Shown piece by piece: positions 25,375 through 40,211 of a stretch of DNA of 64,000 nt. The notes below the pieces were generated by a model. That model did not search any database, was not told the origin of the DNA, and saw only the letters and a list, made by a program, of their open reading frames with translations. This stretch comes from the human T2T-CHM13v2.0 reference genome, Homo sapiens. The DNA is taken from NCBI RefSeq assembly GCF_009914755.1, contig NC_060932.1; one strand, given 5' to 3'. The position numbers and the translations under genes were made by a program. Numbering within the stretch: position 1 is the stretch's first letter; the number at the start of each line of letters is the position of its first letter.

Positions 25375-25866
25375 AGAAAAATGAAAAGTTACATTTCTTA
25401 TATCTGAGCATTGTCTCATTAATATGAAGTAGTCATAAGCACCTTGTGTTTTGGGGATTTACCTTACAAAACACTCACAATATCTTTCCTCATTATCTGG
25501 TCACCAAATTAATTTATTCATCATTCATATATCCATTCATCCGATATTGGAGAATCTGCTACAGTCATAGTGTAGAGGTGTACAATGGTGACTAAGATGT
25601 AGTTCCACGTTCTTACAATTCTTACTAGTGACGTGGATAGGAGATAAGGAACCGCAGTGAAAAGGATATTGACTGGGCACAAAAAGTTTGGGGTTTTAAT
25701 CCTATTTTTGTCCTTCAACTGCTGGGCAACTTTGGGCCAACTACACAACCTTTCTTGGCTTCCCTTTCTTCATTTGTAAAATTGGACTAAATTATCTTTA
25801 ATTTCTTACTAACTTCTAAAATACTTTACTGAAGAAAAGAGACATACACATCTGATGTAAATGCAA

Positions 25867-25870
<4 letters not shown>

Positions 25871-25898
<28 letters not shown>
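25871..25898. repeat. (GT)14 microsatellite 3' of PENK
   Basis: Perfect dinucleotide run. Confidence 0.95.
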
Positions 25899-25900
<2 letters not shown>

Positions 25901-26220
25901 AATGGGGGCATAGCTGGCTCCTTTATTAGGCTTTGGTTTTTCTTCATGTATCTGATTTCCAGAAATGAGAGTGAAAATACATTTTATTTTGCTCCCACGT
26001 GTTTACTAATCTAAGATTTCATGCTGTGAGGAATTAAATAAAAAATGTTTTTGAGCCTTGGCTGAAGGAGAAGAAAGACAATGATTATGATGTCAAAATT
26101 ATGTCAAAAGCAGATGGTTCTACTGTCCCTGAGTCTAGGATTGATGCGGAAACCCAAAGGTAAATGAGAGCCTTGGAGAAAAAGAGACTTACAAGGATAT
26201 TATGCACTTGGGGTAATAGG

Positions 26221-26253
26221 TTTATTATCTCTATATACAAGTAAGCATTTATT
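26221..26253 (-). terminator. PENK: PENK polyadenylation signals
   Basis: AATAAA on the minus strand at 26253-26248 and 26226-26221, ~265-295 nt after the stop codon. Confidence 0.8.
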
Positions 26254-26516
26254 GATGTTTGTCAAAAATAAGAGACAAGATAACAAAAACTATTTTAGCA
26301 TGAAAACGAGATAGCTGCAATAGACTAATACTGAGCTTAAAGACTCCAAAAAGAGCACAGAACCTGAAATGACAGTTTTCAGGTTGTATAGTTATCCAGA
26401 CAATGAAGTCAACTATACAAGGCAAGCAACACATGACAATAAAACACCATCAACAGTTTCCCACTGGAGGATGGAGGGAGGCTTGCTGGGGCCTGGGGCC
26501 ACTAGTGGGAAAAATA

Positions 26517-27182
26517 TTAAAATCTCATAAATCCTCCGTATCTTTTTTCCATTTCAGGAACTTCTTTGGAGTAACTTTCGCCTTCTTCGTCGGAGGGCAG
26601 AGCCTCGGCAAAGCGCTTCAGGAAACCTCCATACCGTTTCTGGTAGTCCATCCACCACTCTGGGCGACCTACTCTTCTCATGAAGCCCCCATATCGCTTC
26701 TGCAGCTCTTTGGCTTCATCTTCCAGTTGGGGGCTTCTCTTTAAGCCTCTCATGAAGCCCCCATATCTCTTGCTCACTTCTTCCTCATTATCACTGCCAT
26801 CCTGGTGGTGGCTACGCTCTCGGTTGTCCCCTGTTTCCAGAAGCTCTTTTAGCAGGTCTGAGGAATTGGCCAGCGAGTCGTCCTCCTCTGCATCCTTCTT
26901 CATGAAGCCCCCATACCGCTTGGCGAGGATCTCACTTCCATTGGCCTCTTCTTCTGGCTCCATGGGATAAAGCTCATCCATTTTCTTCATGAAGCCTCCA
27001 TACCTTTTCATGAAGCCCCCATACCTTTTGGCTAGCAAATGGCTTTCTTCCGGTTTGCTATTTTCTCTGAGGGTGCTGGTGCCATCTTGAGGAAGCTCTG
27101 GTTTGGACAGCTGCAGGAGCTCCTTGCAGGTTTCCCAAATTTTCAGAGAAGGCAGTTTACCTTCACATTCCATTACGCAAGC
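26517..27182 (-). CDS. PENK: Proenkephalin-A, last coding exon (aa 47-267)
   Basis: Acceptor TTTTCCCAG|GCT. Encodes ACVMECEGK..., six YGGFM (including YGGFMRGL and C-terminal YGGFMRF) and one YGGFL flanked by dibasic sites; TAA at 26519-26517. Confidence 0.99.
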   Translation of the reverse strand, partial: ACVMECEGKLPSLKIWETCKELLQLSKPELPQDGTSTLRENSKPEESHLLAKRYGGFMKRYGGFMKKMDELYPMEPEEEANGSEILAKRYGGFMKKDAEEDDSLANSSDLLKELLETGDNRERSHHQDGSDNEEEVSKRYGGFMRGLKRSPQLEDEAKELQKRYGGFMRRVGRPEWWMDYQKRYGGFLKRFAEALPSDEEGESYSKEVPEMEKRYGGFMRF

Positions 27183-30100
27183 CTGGGAAAACAATTTGAT
27201 GTAATGATAAAAAGAAGCTTCTGTGATTTCATTAAGCAAATGAACTTTTGTGGACCAAAATATGCTTGCTTTGACATCATAACTTCCTTATTATAATAAG
27301 GTCATCTCCAATTTCTTATCACGACTTTTCATAAGGCTGAGCATGCAAATGAAACAAATAAAATTTGGAAAGGTGAAAGTGGAGGGGTTCACTGAATCCA
27401 GTTAGGAATCTGCCTTTGGATTTTAAACCCATAGAAATTTTAAAGAATTTTAAAAAAAATTTTCCATGCAGTTTTAACTTAGATTGACTGCTTTCACAAT
27501 CTAATTTCACTGGATAATTTTCCACTTCTGATATAATTTTGTTTGAGATTTTTCTAACCAAAAAGGAGAAATTTTTATTTACCTAATCAGGGATATTTCC
27601 TCAAAATTCCTTTTATCTTCTTGTCTTAGAGATAAAATCAATATTAATAACCTAAGGGTCATTTGCTTTCTTGTGTTAATATTTTACCTAAAATGGTATC
27701 GAGTATTCCTGCAAATACTTTCAATCTTCAAAGAAAAACAACAATTTAAAAAAAGTTTATAAACACATCCTAAAAACTCAATTTAAATCTGATGAATTAT
27801 TTGCATTCTTATTAATTTGTTAATTTGTTGTAAGTACAGATCTTTTTTTTTTCCTTTTTTCTTTGCTGGATACAACAGACTTTATTATTTTGAACAAAAT
27901 GTCTATAATGATGAGATCAGATATAAAATTATACAAATGCAAGTGCACAAATTATTCATGTTTATTTTCTTCACATTTAGTCACTGTTGTACAGAAAAAG
28001 TATTTTTCAATGGAAATCATGGTGTTTGGTAAAATAGGAATCATCAGCATACATTCTTTCCTTTTTCTTATATAAATATTAAATATAAAATCATTGTAAG
28101 TCTATACATTCGAATGATCTTAAGTTTTTTTCTATTTAACACATCACTTGGGTATGATAAAGAGAGTACTAATATGTGAACATTTACAAAACATGCATGA
28201 TATTTCTTAGCATTTCAGGAGTTTTTTATAGCCCTCTGAAGTCTTTCTTGGTATTATTAAAAATATACTGGTATATTAAGTGATGTTAAATACACATATA
28301 TTATTTTCACAATGAAAGAAAGCATTTTATTAGTGCAACAAAATCTTGAAGGCACGTATTTAGTAAGCTCTTAATGAGTATTTAAGCTTCGTGTCTGAGA
28401 AGATTAAATATATAACTACGTAAGAATCTAAAGATGATCCATTAATAATTAAAATGTCTTATTTTATTCCTGACATATGATGAACAAATAAAAACACCAT
28501 TAGAAGCTTAAGATATTTAAGGAGCAATAATATTTCCATTCTAAAGTTGTATCTAAGTGATCTTGTTGTTAAAAATTAATGTTGAATGTTTTGCATACTA
28601 ATACCAAAAGATTTTTAAATGTATGTGATGTGAGATTCCTTCAAAACCAAATAGTAACAAATATCAGAATAATGCACTCGTACTAAGGTAGCGATGTTAA
28701 CTGATGGCTCCTATAACCATGTATGCATGTTTTGTGGTATTTACCACACTTTGTGTGGTATGGTCAAGATCACATTAGATGGGAAATTCTATCTGGACAT
28801 CAGCCATAGCACGCCTGCTCATCTCTGCATCCACCACAGTACCAATCATAAGTGTCTTTCTCATGGTAGAAGCTCAATAAATATTTGTTACATTGATTTC
28901 ACTACATAATTTTGGCTAGGCAACCTCGTTTCTCACATGTCTTTTGCATCCGAGCCAAAATCCCAGAATGTTGTAATTCTAGCGAGACAGTCACTAAGTA
29001 AACCTTTTGTCATTGAGACAATAACAACCCTAAATGTAGGGTCCAATGCAAATCAGTTATTATGCAAAATGCCTTTCTATAAGACTATTTTTATTGATGG
29101 TTGCTTATTATCTATTTTTTTCAAGTTGCTAACACTACACGTGCCATTCCATCACCTGGATTAAAGTAATGATAATAGTAATAAGTGATAACAACAAGAG
29201 CATAAAAAGCAGTATGGAAAATTCTGGAAAGAGCAGCCTTCCTCTTCTCCTCCCCCACAATCCTGTTACATGATGAGAAGAGGGTGAGAGAGGGAGAGAA
29301 GTCAAGATTTGAGGTGATACCCAGGGAAGAGCTAGCTGCTACCCAGTGAGCTCTGCTCAAGTTCCTCAACAATGCAAAAGGAAGATTAGTAGCATTTTGG
29401 GAGCTTGGTGAATCAAACAGATTAAGTATGAAAAAAACCCATTTGAATAGGCATGATTAAAAGTCAGTCATATTAATTCGCTAACTCACATAATTTAAGT
29501 AAATATGATACTACTTTGGGGTCAGTCTGTGTGATTAGAAAAATTAGACTAGAATCCATATAACCTTTATTCAGATGGCAGAGAAAGCTAGGGGAGGGGG
29601 CTGAGCCCCTGACATGTTGAGCAGGCAAAGCTCAAAATATGTGTGACTGGGCACAGGGAATTATGGGGTCAGAAAGTGGAGTCTTCTATGTGGCATGTTT
29701 TGGATTTCTCTTCCTCCTTCTGTGTCTAAAATTCTTTATCCACAAGATCTATCCTTATATTTGTAGCACTGGCTCAATTTTTAGGCATAGGTTAAAAGCT
29801 CATGACTACAGGAGAAAGAAGAAAGATGGGTGAAGGGGATTGTTTCTCCTATTGAAGATGAAACATTTTTCTCATAGTTTAAATATACAACCTTCCTATG
29901 TGTCTTCTCTTTAATGCCAAGTTAGCACAGGTCAAAGAAACAAACATTTAACCTGAAATATATACCACAGATATTTGGAAACTGTTCCTTGGTTTTCTCC
30001 CCATTTCAAACATCTACATAAGGTAAAATTTCCTCAATTCCAGGTGGAACCCAAAGCAGCTTGGATGAATACATTATTCTCTATGAGCTTTTTAAGTCAC

Positions 30101-31058
30101 CATAAAATTTCAACAAATTTCAAAAGCAATGCAAAGGAATTGTCAGGGGAGCTGGTAAAAGTGAAGCTACCTGAGTCTCGAGGTTGGAGATTCAGACTCA
30201 GTAGAGCACCAGAGGTGATTCGACAGCCCATGGGGAACCATGATCAGAATGAAAGTTATTTTGTCCTCAGCTTTTTCTTTCCCCAACCCCCTGTAGTGCA
30301 GTGTATCTTTGGACTGTTGTCACCCATTGGACACTGGCCACTTCTCTTGTTCCTTTCTCATAGCCAAATTAAACTGTTGTTTTAGTTACTATTACAAAGG
30401 GCAGTTGAAACAGAAGTTGAATTCCAGCATCACTGGCTAGTGAGACAGTTTGAACTCTTTCCTGTCTACGGTTATTTCGCCTTCCTCTCCCCGTACCCCT
30501 TTTCCATCCCTTTGCTCTCTCCTATTTACAGGTGAGGGTAGGGAATGAGGGACCTGAGGTTAAGAGAGCTGGGGAACATAAATCTAAAGAAAGGCACCGA
30601 AATGTCACTAACAAAAAATTACATTATTTGTGGGAAAGATGGGAAGATGACTGCGTGTAGAGGGGCCCTTAGCTGGGATATGTTAGGAGTTGTGGTGACA
30701 GCCATCTTCCTTCTGACAGCCCAGGAGAGAACCCAGTGCTATCCGAGGTGCTGAACAGAGGACTTCTCGGGGTTCCCGAATTCCCAGGGTTAAAACAAAC
30801 TTGGTTTGTGCGGCGACACCGCTACCCTTACCGGTCCCCAGATAGTCGCGGATCCCCGAAGCTAAGAGCCAGGGCAGGACTTCAGTCAGTGTTCCAGGAA
30901 CAGCTGAGACACCCAGGTCACCACGGGCTCGCGCCGCTGCGGCTCCGACCCGGTGCGAACCGCCATACGCGCCGCGCGGTGGGCCGGAGGCAGTCCGCGT
31001 ACTGTTGCGGAAACTCTGTCTCACAAGGTGCGCAACACTCGCCGCGCGCAACACTCAC

Positions 31059-31196
31059 CAGGAAGTTGATGTCGGCCGGGCGCACTAGGCGGTAGCTGCA
31101 CGTCGCGCAATCCTGGCTGCATTCGGCCCGCACGGTCGCCAGGAGCCCGGGGCCGAGCAACAGCAGCCAAGTGCAAAGTGTCAGGAACCGCGCCAT
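31059..31196 (-). CDS. PENK: Proenkephalin-A, first coding exon (aa 1-46: signal peptide and Cys-rich synenkephalin start)
   Basis: MARFLTLCTWLLLLGPGLLATVRAECSQDCATCSYRLVRPADINFL; acceptor CTCGCAG|TCCATG (exon starts 31199); donor CTG|GTGAGT; phase-0 join gives 267 aa. Confidence 0.99.
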
Positions 31197-31667
31197 GGAC
31201 TGCGAGGAGAGAGGGACGCGTGCTTCGAGCCTGCCTGGGCGCAGAACGGGTCCCTCGGCAGGACCCTCGCCGCGACAGCCTCAGCAGGGGATCGTCGAGC
31301 AAAAGCCCGCAGGAATGCTCCTTTCTGGGGCCCCGCCCTCCCGGCCGACAGCTTTTAGGTAGACCTGGAGGCGACTCAGATCGCCTCGCGGTTCCCGGGA
31401 TGGCGCGGTCGCCCCCAACGCGAGGCTGCCTGGGGCACCCGGCTCTTTTCCTGGGCGTCCGCGGCCCAGGGCAAGATTCCGGAGAGAACGCCGCAGACCA
31501 GGGGCGAGAGAGCGGGAGCCGGGGGAGGCAGGACATTGACTGGGGTCACAAAGAAGAACCAGGGAACGCTGTTGGGGAACCCATGCAATGAAATGTGAAG
31601 GGAAAGAGGGCGGGCAGACGTCCCCAAACCCGCTCAGCAAAGACAAGCTTCGGGCAAATTCACTCAC

Positions 31668-31723
31668 GTTGACGCTGTTCGGATGGAGCAGGCCAATTGG
31701 AAAAGCCGGGTTCAGACACGACT
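31668..31723 (-). other. PENK: PENK 5' non-coding exon 2
   Basis: Acceptor CTCTTCCCTCTAG| at 31724 and donor AAC|GTGAGT at 31667; gives introns of 87 and 468 bp. Confidence 0.8.
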
Positions 31724-31810
31724 CTAGAGGGAAGAGAAGAAGGCAAGTGTGAGGAGGGCGGGCGTCGGGGAGAAGCGGGCCCTGGTGTGCTGGCGGACGT
31801 AGGGCCTCAC

Positions 31811-31882
31811 CGTCGCGGTCCTCAGCGTCTCTGCGGGGTCACGGGCCAGGCTGCGGGGCTCTGAGCGCCTGCCTCGCCGTCC
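31811..31882 (-). other. PENK: PENK 5' non-coding exon 1 (TSS approximate)
   Basis: Starts ~27-30 nt below the TATA box; donor ACG|GTGAGG at 31810. Confidence 0.75.
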
Positions 31883-31908
31883 CGGGGCTTAACGGCTGCT
31901 GGAGCCAC

Positions 31909-31914
31909 TTTATA
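31909..31914 (-). promoter_or_regulatory. PENK: PENK TATA box
   Basis: TATAAA on the minus strand in a GC-rich context. Confidence 0.9.
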
Positions 31915-31949
31915 ATTAGCCCCAAACCGAAGGAGGCGCGCGCGCCCCA

Positions 31950-31989
31950 ATCGCCGGCGGGCTGCAGCTGACGCAGGCCCTACGCCAGC
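31950..31989 (-). promoter_or_regulatory. PENK: PENK cAMP/phorbol-ester enhancer: ENKCRE-1 (TGGCGTA, 31987-31981), ENKCRE-2 (TGCGTCA, 31975-31969), AP-4 E-box CAGCTG (31965-31970), GC-rich AP-2-type site
   Basis: Minus strand reads GCTGGCGTAGGGCCTGCGTCAGCTGCAGCCCGCCGGCG, the classical human enkephalin enhancer. Confidence 0.93.
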
Positions 31990-32909
31990 CCCGCGCCGAC
32001 GCCTTCGCGGGAGGGGTCGGTCCCCCAGCACCCGCGCGCCGCTCCCCCCGCCGAGCTCGGGTGGGGGCCACAGGGGGCGCTCGGTGGCTCCCCACACGGC
32101 CAGGTGACAAACCCAAGGCAGTTAGGAAGTTTGGGGAGAGTGAGATAGGATCAAGTTTCTCCGCATAAAGTCACTGAAATTGCACCGTGGGATGCGGGCT
32201 CCAGGGAGGGAAGCGAGGTGGGGGCGTTTGGAAGGATAGATGGACTGGCTTAGACTTCTGGAATGTGCTGGAGACCCAGCGGGCCGGTGAACCTGCCCCT
32301 TTCCCGCCTCCTCCCTGGGCCCCCTCGCGGGTCCCCGTGGGCACCAAGCACAGCCGTCCGGAATGTCGTCATTTATTGACCAACCTGTCCCCCACACTTG
32401 ACTCCGAGTTCCTTACTGCAGCATCTAACAGCGTCAAGGTGCGCAGTTTAGGCGCTCAATTAATGGTTACAGGAACTGAACGATTGAAAGTTTCTGGGAA
32501 TCTTAAAATCTCAGGACAGAATTTTCACCTTTCCAGTTAGAGACCCTTGGCCAAGCGTAGAAGCAGGTAAACCCTCAGGTTCCGGGACTGCGCGCTTTTC
32601 AGCCACTGTGGGAGAGGATCCGTGTTTAACCAGCTCCCCGGGGCTCCCAAGTCGAAGACCTACTGCCTTGAGAGCGCTGTCCAGGGTGTCCGGGGGTGTT
32701 GGATCAGTGAGAGGGGAGTGCCGGGGCGGGTGTAATGTCAGCGCGCCAGGAGTGTGGTGGGGAGGGAGGGATGAGGGACACCCTACCCGGGACGCCGGGG
32801 CTTGGAACCTCTTCTCCACCGGGAGGGGGCCGAGGGCACACTGTGGAGGCTGGTACTGTCCATTAAGACACGCTTTCCCGCTTCCTGGCTCTGCAAAAGA
32901 TTGCTAAGC

Positions 32910-33062
32910 GGCAAGCTGCTTACATTGCCTGAGGCCTCAGTTTCCCTATTTGAAAAATAGGAACAGAGGTAATATGCCATTCATAAGGTTCTGGAGAGAA
33001 TCAAATGAAATAGTGGACGAAATCTCTTAGCCTTGTGCCTGGCACTATAGCAAGCCCTCAAA
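32910..33062 (+). mobile_element. MIR
   Basis: GGCAAGCTGCTTACATTGCCTGAGGCCTCAGTTTCCCTATTTGAAAAATAGG...GTGCCTGGCAC. Confidence 0.75.
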
Positions 33063-33857
33063 ACATCTTCTAACCATCCGTCATCCGTCCGTCCACCTTT
33101 CCATCTGTGACCATTGTCTGCTTACCTTATAGCTACCATCGATGTATCCAATCCACCTATGCATCTACGTCTCCTAGACCTAGGGGGAAACCATAAACAG
33201 TTCCTGGGAAAAGGTCCCAGAGGTTTCCAGGCCCTCTGCGCCCTCTGCAAAGGGCTGATTTCTACAGTCGCTAGGACCTGCAGCGGCGCTGCTCCCGCGG
33301 GGCTCCGGCCGCGCTGCATGTCCCATTATAGTCGCTAGAGGGCAGCGCTCTCCTGCGTAGGCTGGGCTTGCGGGGACTGGGGTCTCAGTTCTCCGCAGGC
33401 CTCAATGTGCGGGCTTGACACGCAGCCCTCGGATTAGCCCCGAAGCTGCACCCGAGCACCGCCTGCCTCCCGGCCGGGGCATCACGGTAGCAAGGTCGGG
33501 AAAGCAGAGCCCTGGAGTGGGGCTGGAGAACCCCGGACATAGCCCTAGGGAGCCAGCATTACCCTCTGAGCAGGAAAACACAATGTTTCCCGCTTTAGGT
33601 TCTTTTCATCATGGGGCCCCTTACTAGCTCCTTACTCTCTCCCCAAGGCAAAGGAGAGCTTTTGTCTTTACTTCAGATTTTTCCTTGTTGCCTGGGCTTT
33701 GGAAAGGAAGCTGACTCCACTGCAGTACTCAGTGCGAAAGTATTGCATGAACAAATTCTACCTAAAATTAAAGGAAACTTGCTATAGCTGAGCACTTGCG
33801 AACATGGGATCACCTAAGAACTTTAAACGCATAATCAGGAGCGGGAGGCTGAGGTAG

Positions 33858-33864
33858 GTGTGTG

Positions 33865-33899
<35 letters not shown>

Positions 33900-33901
33900 G
33901 T
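33858..33901. repeat. Interrupted (TG)n microsatellite
   Basis: About 21 TG units with one interruption. Confidence 0.95.
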
Positions 33902-35812
33902 TTGGAATGACCACATCACGCGATGCTTTTTAAGGGTGCACAGCGCGCAGTAGTGGAAACAGTGCATTTCTGCACTCTGGCGACACAAAGGCTCGTTAGG
34001 ATCTTGGAAAAGTAGAAGCTTAAGTTTGGGAGAGGTTTTAGGGATAATTTATTCCACCGCCCGTTCTACAGATGGTAAAAACCAAGGCTCAGAACGTCTG
34101 AGTGACCAGCCAGGGCAGTGGCAGACCAGGTTTTCCAGCCTCTGAGTTCCTTCCCGAAACCTACCTCAGGCCTAGTTTGTTTCTGTTGGAACTAGTCATG
34201 TTTGCTCTGAGTTAGGGTCTCTTGGCGCATTTGCATTTTCCCCTGAGACTCCTGAAATGTCAGGGGAGAGAGAAACAGAAAAGGAAAGAGAGGGCGCCTC
34301 CTAGGGGCAGTGCAAGAGTGTGCAGTCCCCCACGAGACCTTCCTAGATGCTTGGGGCACAGTGGTTGCTTGGTAAATGTGTGTCGACCGGCTGACTGACT
34401 GAATGAATGAAGTGATAGGAGGTCGACCTTGTTTGCCTACCCCAAATCAGTGACATCTCTTCCCATCATCCTCCCCCATCGACCTGAGAAACTAAAAGTC
34501 ATTCTGGTGGCAATGAGTTGTAAGAAATTCATTTTTTCATCATCTTTTAAATATTTATCAAGAGTGAACAGACTTTGCAGTTATGATCTGGGAGAAAGCT
34601 GCTCTAGAAATCAGACTAAAAAAGGGAAGGGGCTCTGTCTTAAAGCATTCAATCCAGACATTTTTTATTTTCAGGTTAGGATCAATAACTCATCTTCTGA
34701 TCCTAGGGTCCCAAGCATTTGCCCAAAGGGATTCATCCTAGAGACCAAGAAATCTGACTTTTTAACCCTGATGATGAATGGCATTTTACTCAGTTCTTAG
34801 GTGTTCTCAGAGTCTAAAAAGGTGGGATTTTACAATGTTCTTTTAGTGTCCTCTTCCATTATTTTCAGATGGAAGATGGCTAAATTGAATGACGTCTTTC
34901 TGGTACTCACTCCTCTGCTCCCCTCCCCTTCCTGTCACCCAAGCACACGTGTTTTATTACAGAAAGCCATTTCTGTCTGCCCCCCTCTCTCTAAAGTAGC
35001 AGTAGTGGAAACAAGCCCCTTCAGCACTCAGGCAATTGTGTGATGGTTCAGCATAAAAGCAACATGTTCTAACATTTCAGATGTTTGGAGTCATGCCAGA
35101 GTCAGGGGAGACATCCCCGTTTTCAGTTACAATCTAAAGTGCACAGTTTGCAAAATGTGATTCTGTGAGTTGGGCATATAACTGTGAAGTAGCACTGTTA
35201 AGGGATTCTTTTTCAGACTGGCTCAGAACACCATAACAGAGCAGCTGGAAGTGGGGTTGGCTTGAACGAGATGTTTTATGGTGTCACAAACCCCATTTTA
35301 AGGAAAGTCAGTGTTGGAACATTCTGGAAAATGTACCAGGAAATAGAATAAAACTCTAGGAAGAAAAGGTAATCTGGTACAAAGTTGCCAGATTAAATAA
35401 TAGAAAGAGTTTAAATAATATAAATTAAATAATAGAATGAGTTTAAATAATAGAAAACATGTCAATGTGTCAGAGGAGGTGGGGAGAAAGGGAAGGTAAA
35501 TTAAACCAAGAATATCAAACATATTGTTTATGTACTGTAAACTTAGGGAGGATTGAAACACACTTCCTAACTTTGGCCTTTTGCTCTCTAGGAGGGAAAA
35601 GATCAATCTTACTATTAAGTATAGGTAATTAGACAATGAATAAAGCAAGTCCTATTATGAAAAATTAGATTAAAATAACATATAGCTGTGAGTCCAACCA
35701 ATAGAGTATGTCTTGAGCAGCTCGACTTTTAATAATGACTTTTGAAATTGCCTTGAGAAATTTAATAGCCACGTGAGAGAACCAGTCAATGTTAAAAAAT
35801 TGTGTTGCCTCA

Positions 35813-35998
35813 GTGAAACCCCGTCTCTAATAAAAATACAAAAAAAATGAGCTGGGTGTGGTGGCGGGTGCCTGTAGTCCTAGCTACTCAGGAGGCTGAG
35901 GCAGGAGAATGGCAGGAAGCTGGAAGGTGGAGCTTGCAGTGAGTCGAGATTGCGTCACTGCACTCCAGCTTGGGCGACAGAGCAAGACTCCATCACAA
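35813..35998 (+). mobile_element. 5'-truncated AluY-like element
   Basis: GGAGAATGGC and GGAGCTTGCAG diagnostics; TSD AAAAAATTGTGT(TG/CA)CCTCA at 35794-35812 and 35999-36017. Confidence 0.88.
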
Positions 35999-36449
35999 AA
36001 AAAATTGTGTCACCTCATTGGATTCAAACCTTATTCAACAACTTGACTTTGATTTGGTGTTTTGGTTGTTTCTGAAATCAAATATTAGATCCCACTTATG
36101 GGACCTGTATAGAAGGCATTCAAAAATATTCATCCACCACAGACAATTTCCACAGTTGAAGGAATGCTAGAAGAGAAGTTCTAAATAGATTTTGATCAAT
36201 AGTAAGTTATTGGAATGAATGCAATGGCTGCAGGATACCAAGTTCTTAAGGGAATCCCTTTGCGTATGATCCACAGCACAGATGTTTGCACATAGTAGAG
36301 ACTCAGTGAAGTTGCTTTTAAAACATGTGTTTTTGCTTATAGTTACATCTTCCATAGCTCCCAAGTGATGGTGAATGGTGGGATAGACCCAAGAGGTCAA
36401 ACTGTTTTAATAAAATTATATAGGGAAAGCACTCAAATCTTTCAAAGCT

Positions 36450-39930
<3,481 letters not shown>

Positions 39931-39998
39931 AGGATAGATTAGATTTGTTAGATTTCTCTGTCTTATTATCCTGTCTTCATGTTTTTATGTCATTTTGG

Positions 39999-40211
39999 GT
40001 AGTCCTCCCTTATCCATGGTTTTCCTTTGTTTGGTTTTAGTTACTTGCAGTCAACTACAGTCAGAAATTATTAAATGGAAAATTCCAGAAATGAATAGTT
40101 CATATGCTTTAAGTTGTGCACCATTCTGAGTAGTGTGATGAAATCTCATGCCACCTTCCTCTGTCCCATTGGGATGCCAATCATCCTTTTGTTCAGCATA
40201 TTCACATTGTA
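39999..40211 (+). mobile_element. MER44/Tigger7 left portion
   Basis: GTAGTCCTCCCTTATCCATGGTTTT...AAATGGAAAATTCCAGAAAT...CTGAGTAGTGTGATGAAATCTC. Confidence 0.8.

Larger units (their letters stand above)
30770..32460. promoter_or_regulatory. PENK: CpG island over the PENK promoter and 5' exons
   Basis: Very high GC and CpG density by inspection; boundaries approximate. Confidence 0.9.

Noticed and set aside
26520-27030. Recurring CATGAAGCCCCCATA motifs with spacers (CRISPR-like look)
   Set aside because: These are the repeated enkephalin codons of PENK, with irregular spacing, in a eukaryotic exon.
27183-27239. N-terminal MLNEITEASFYHYIKLFSQ of the 240-aa ORF
   Set aside because: Intronic read-through upstream of the CAG acceptor at 27183; the true N-terminus comes from the exon at 31196-31059.
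30918-31058. Extension of the PENK first coding exon to a 92-aa ORF
   Set aside because: Runs through a canonical GTGAGT donor; it would exist only on intron retention, for which the sequence gives no evidence.
30683-33627. Many overlapping 60-170 aa ORFs
   Set aside because: Expected from stop-codon scarcity in a CpG island; no recognisable domains.
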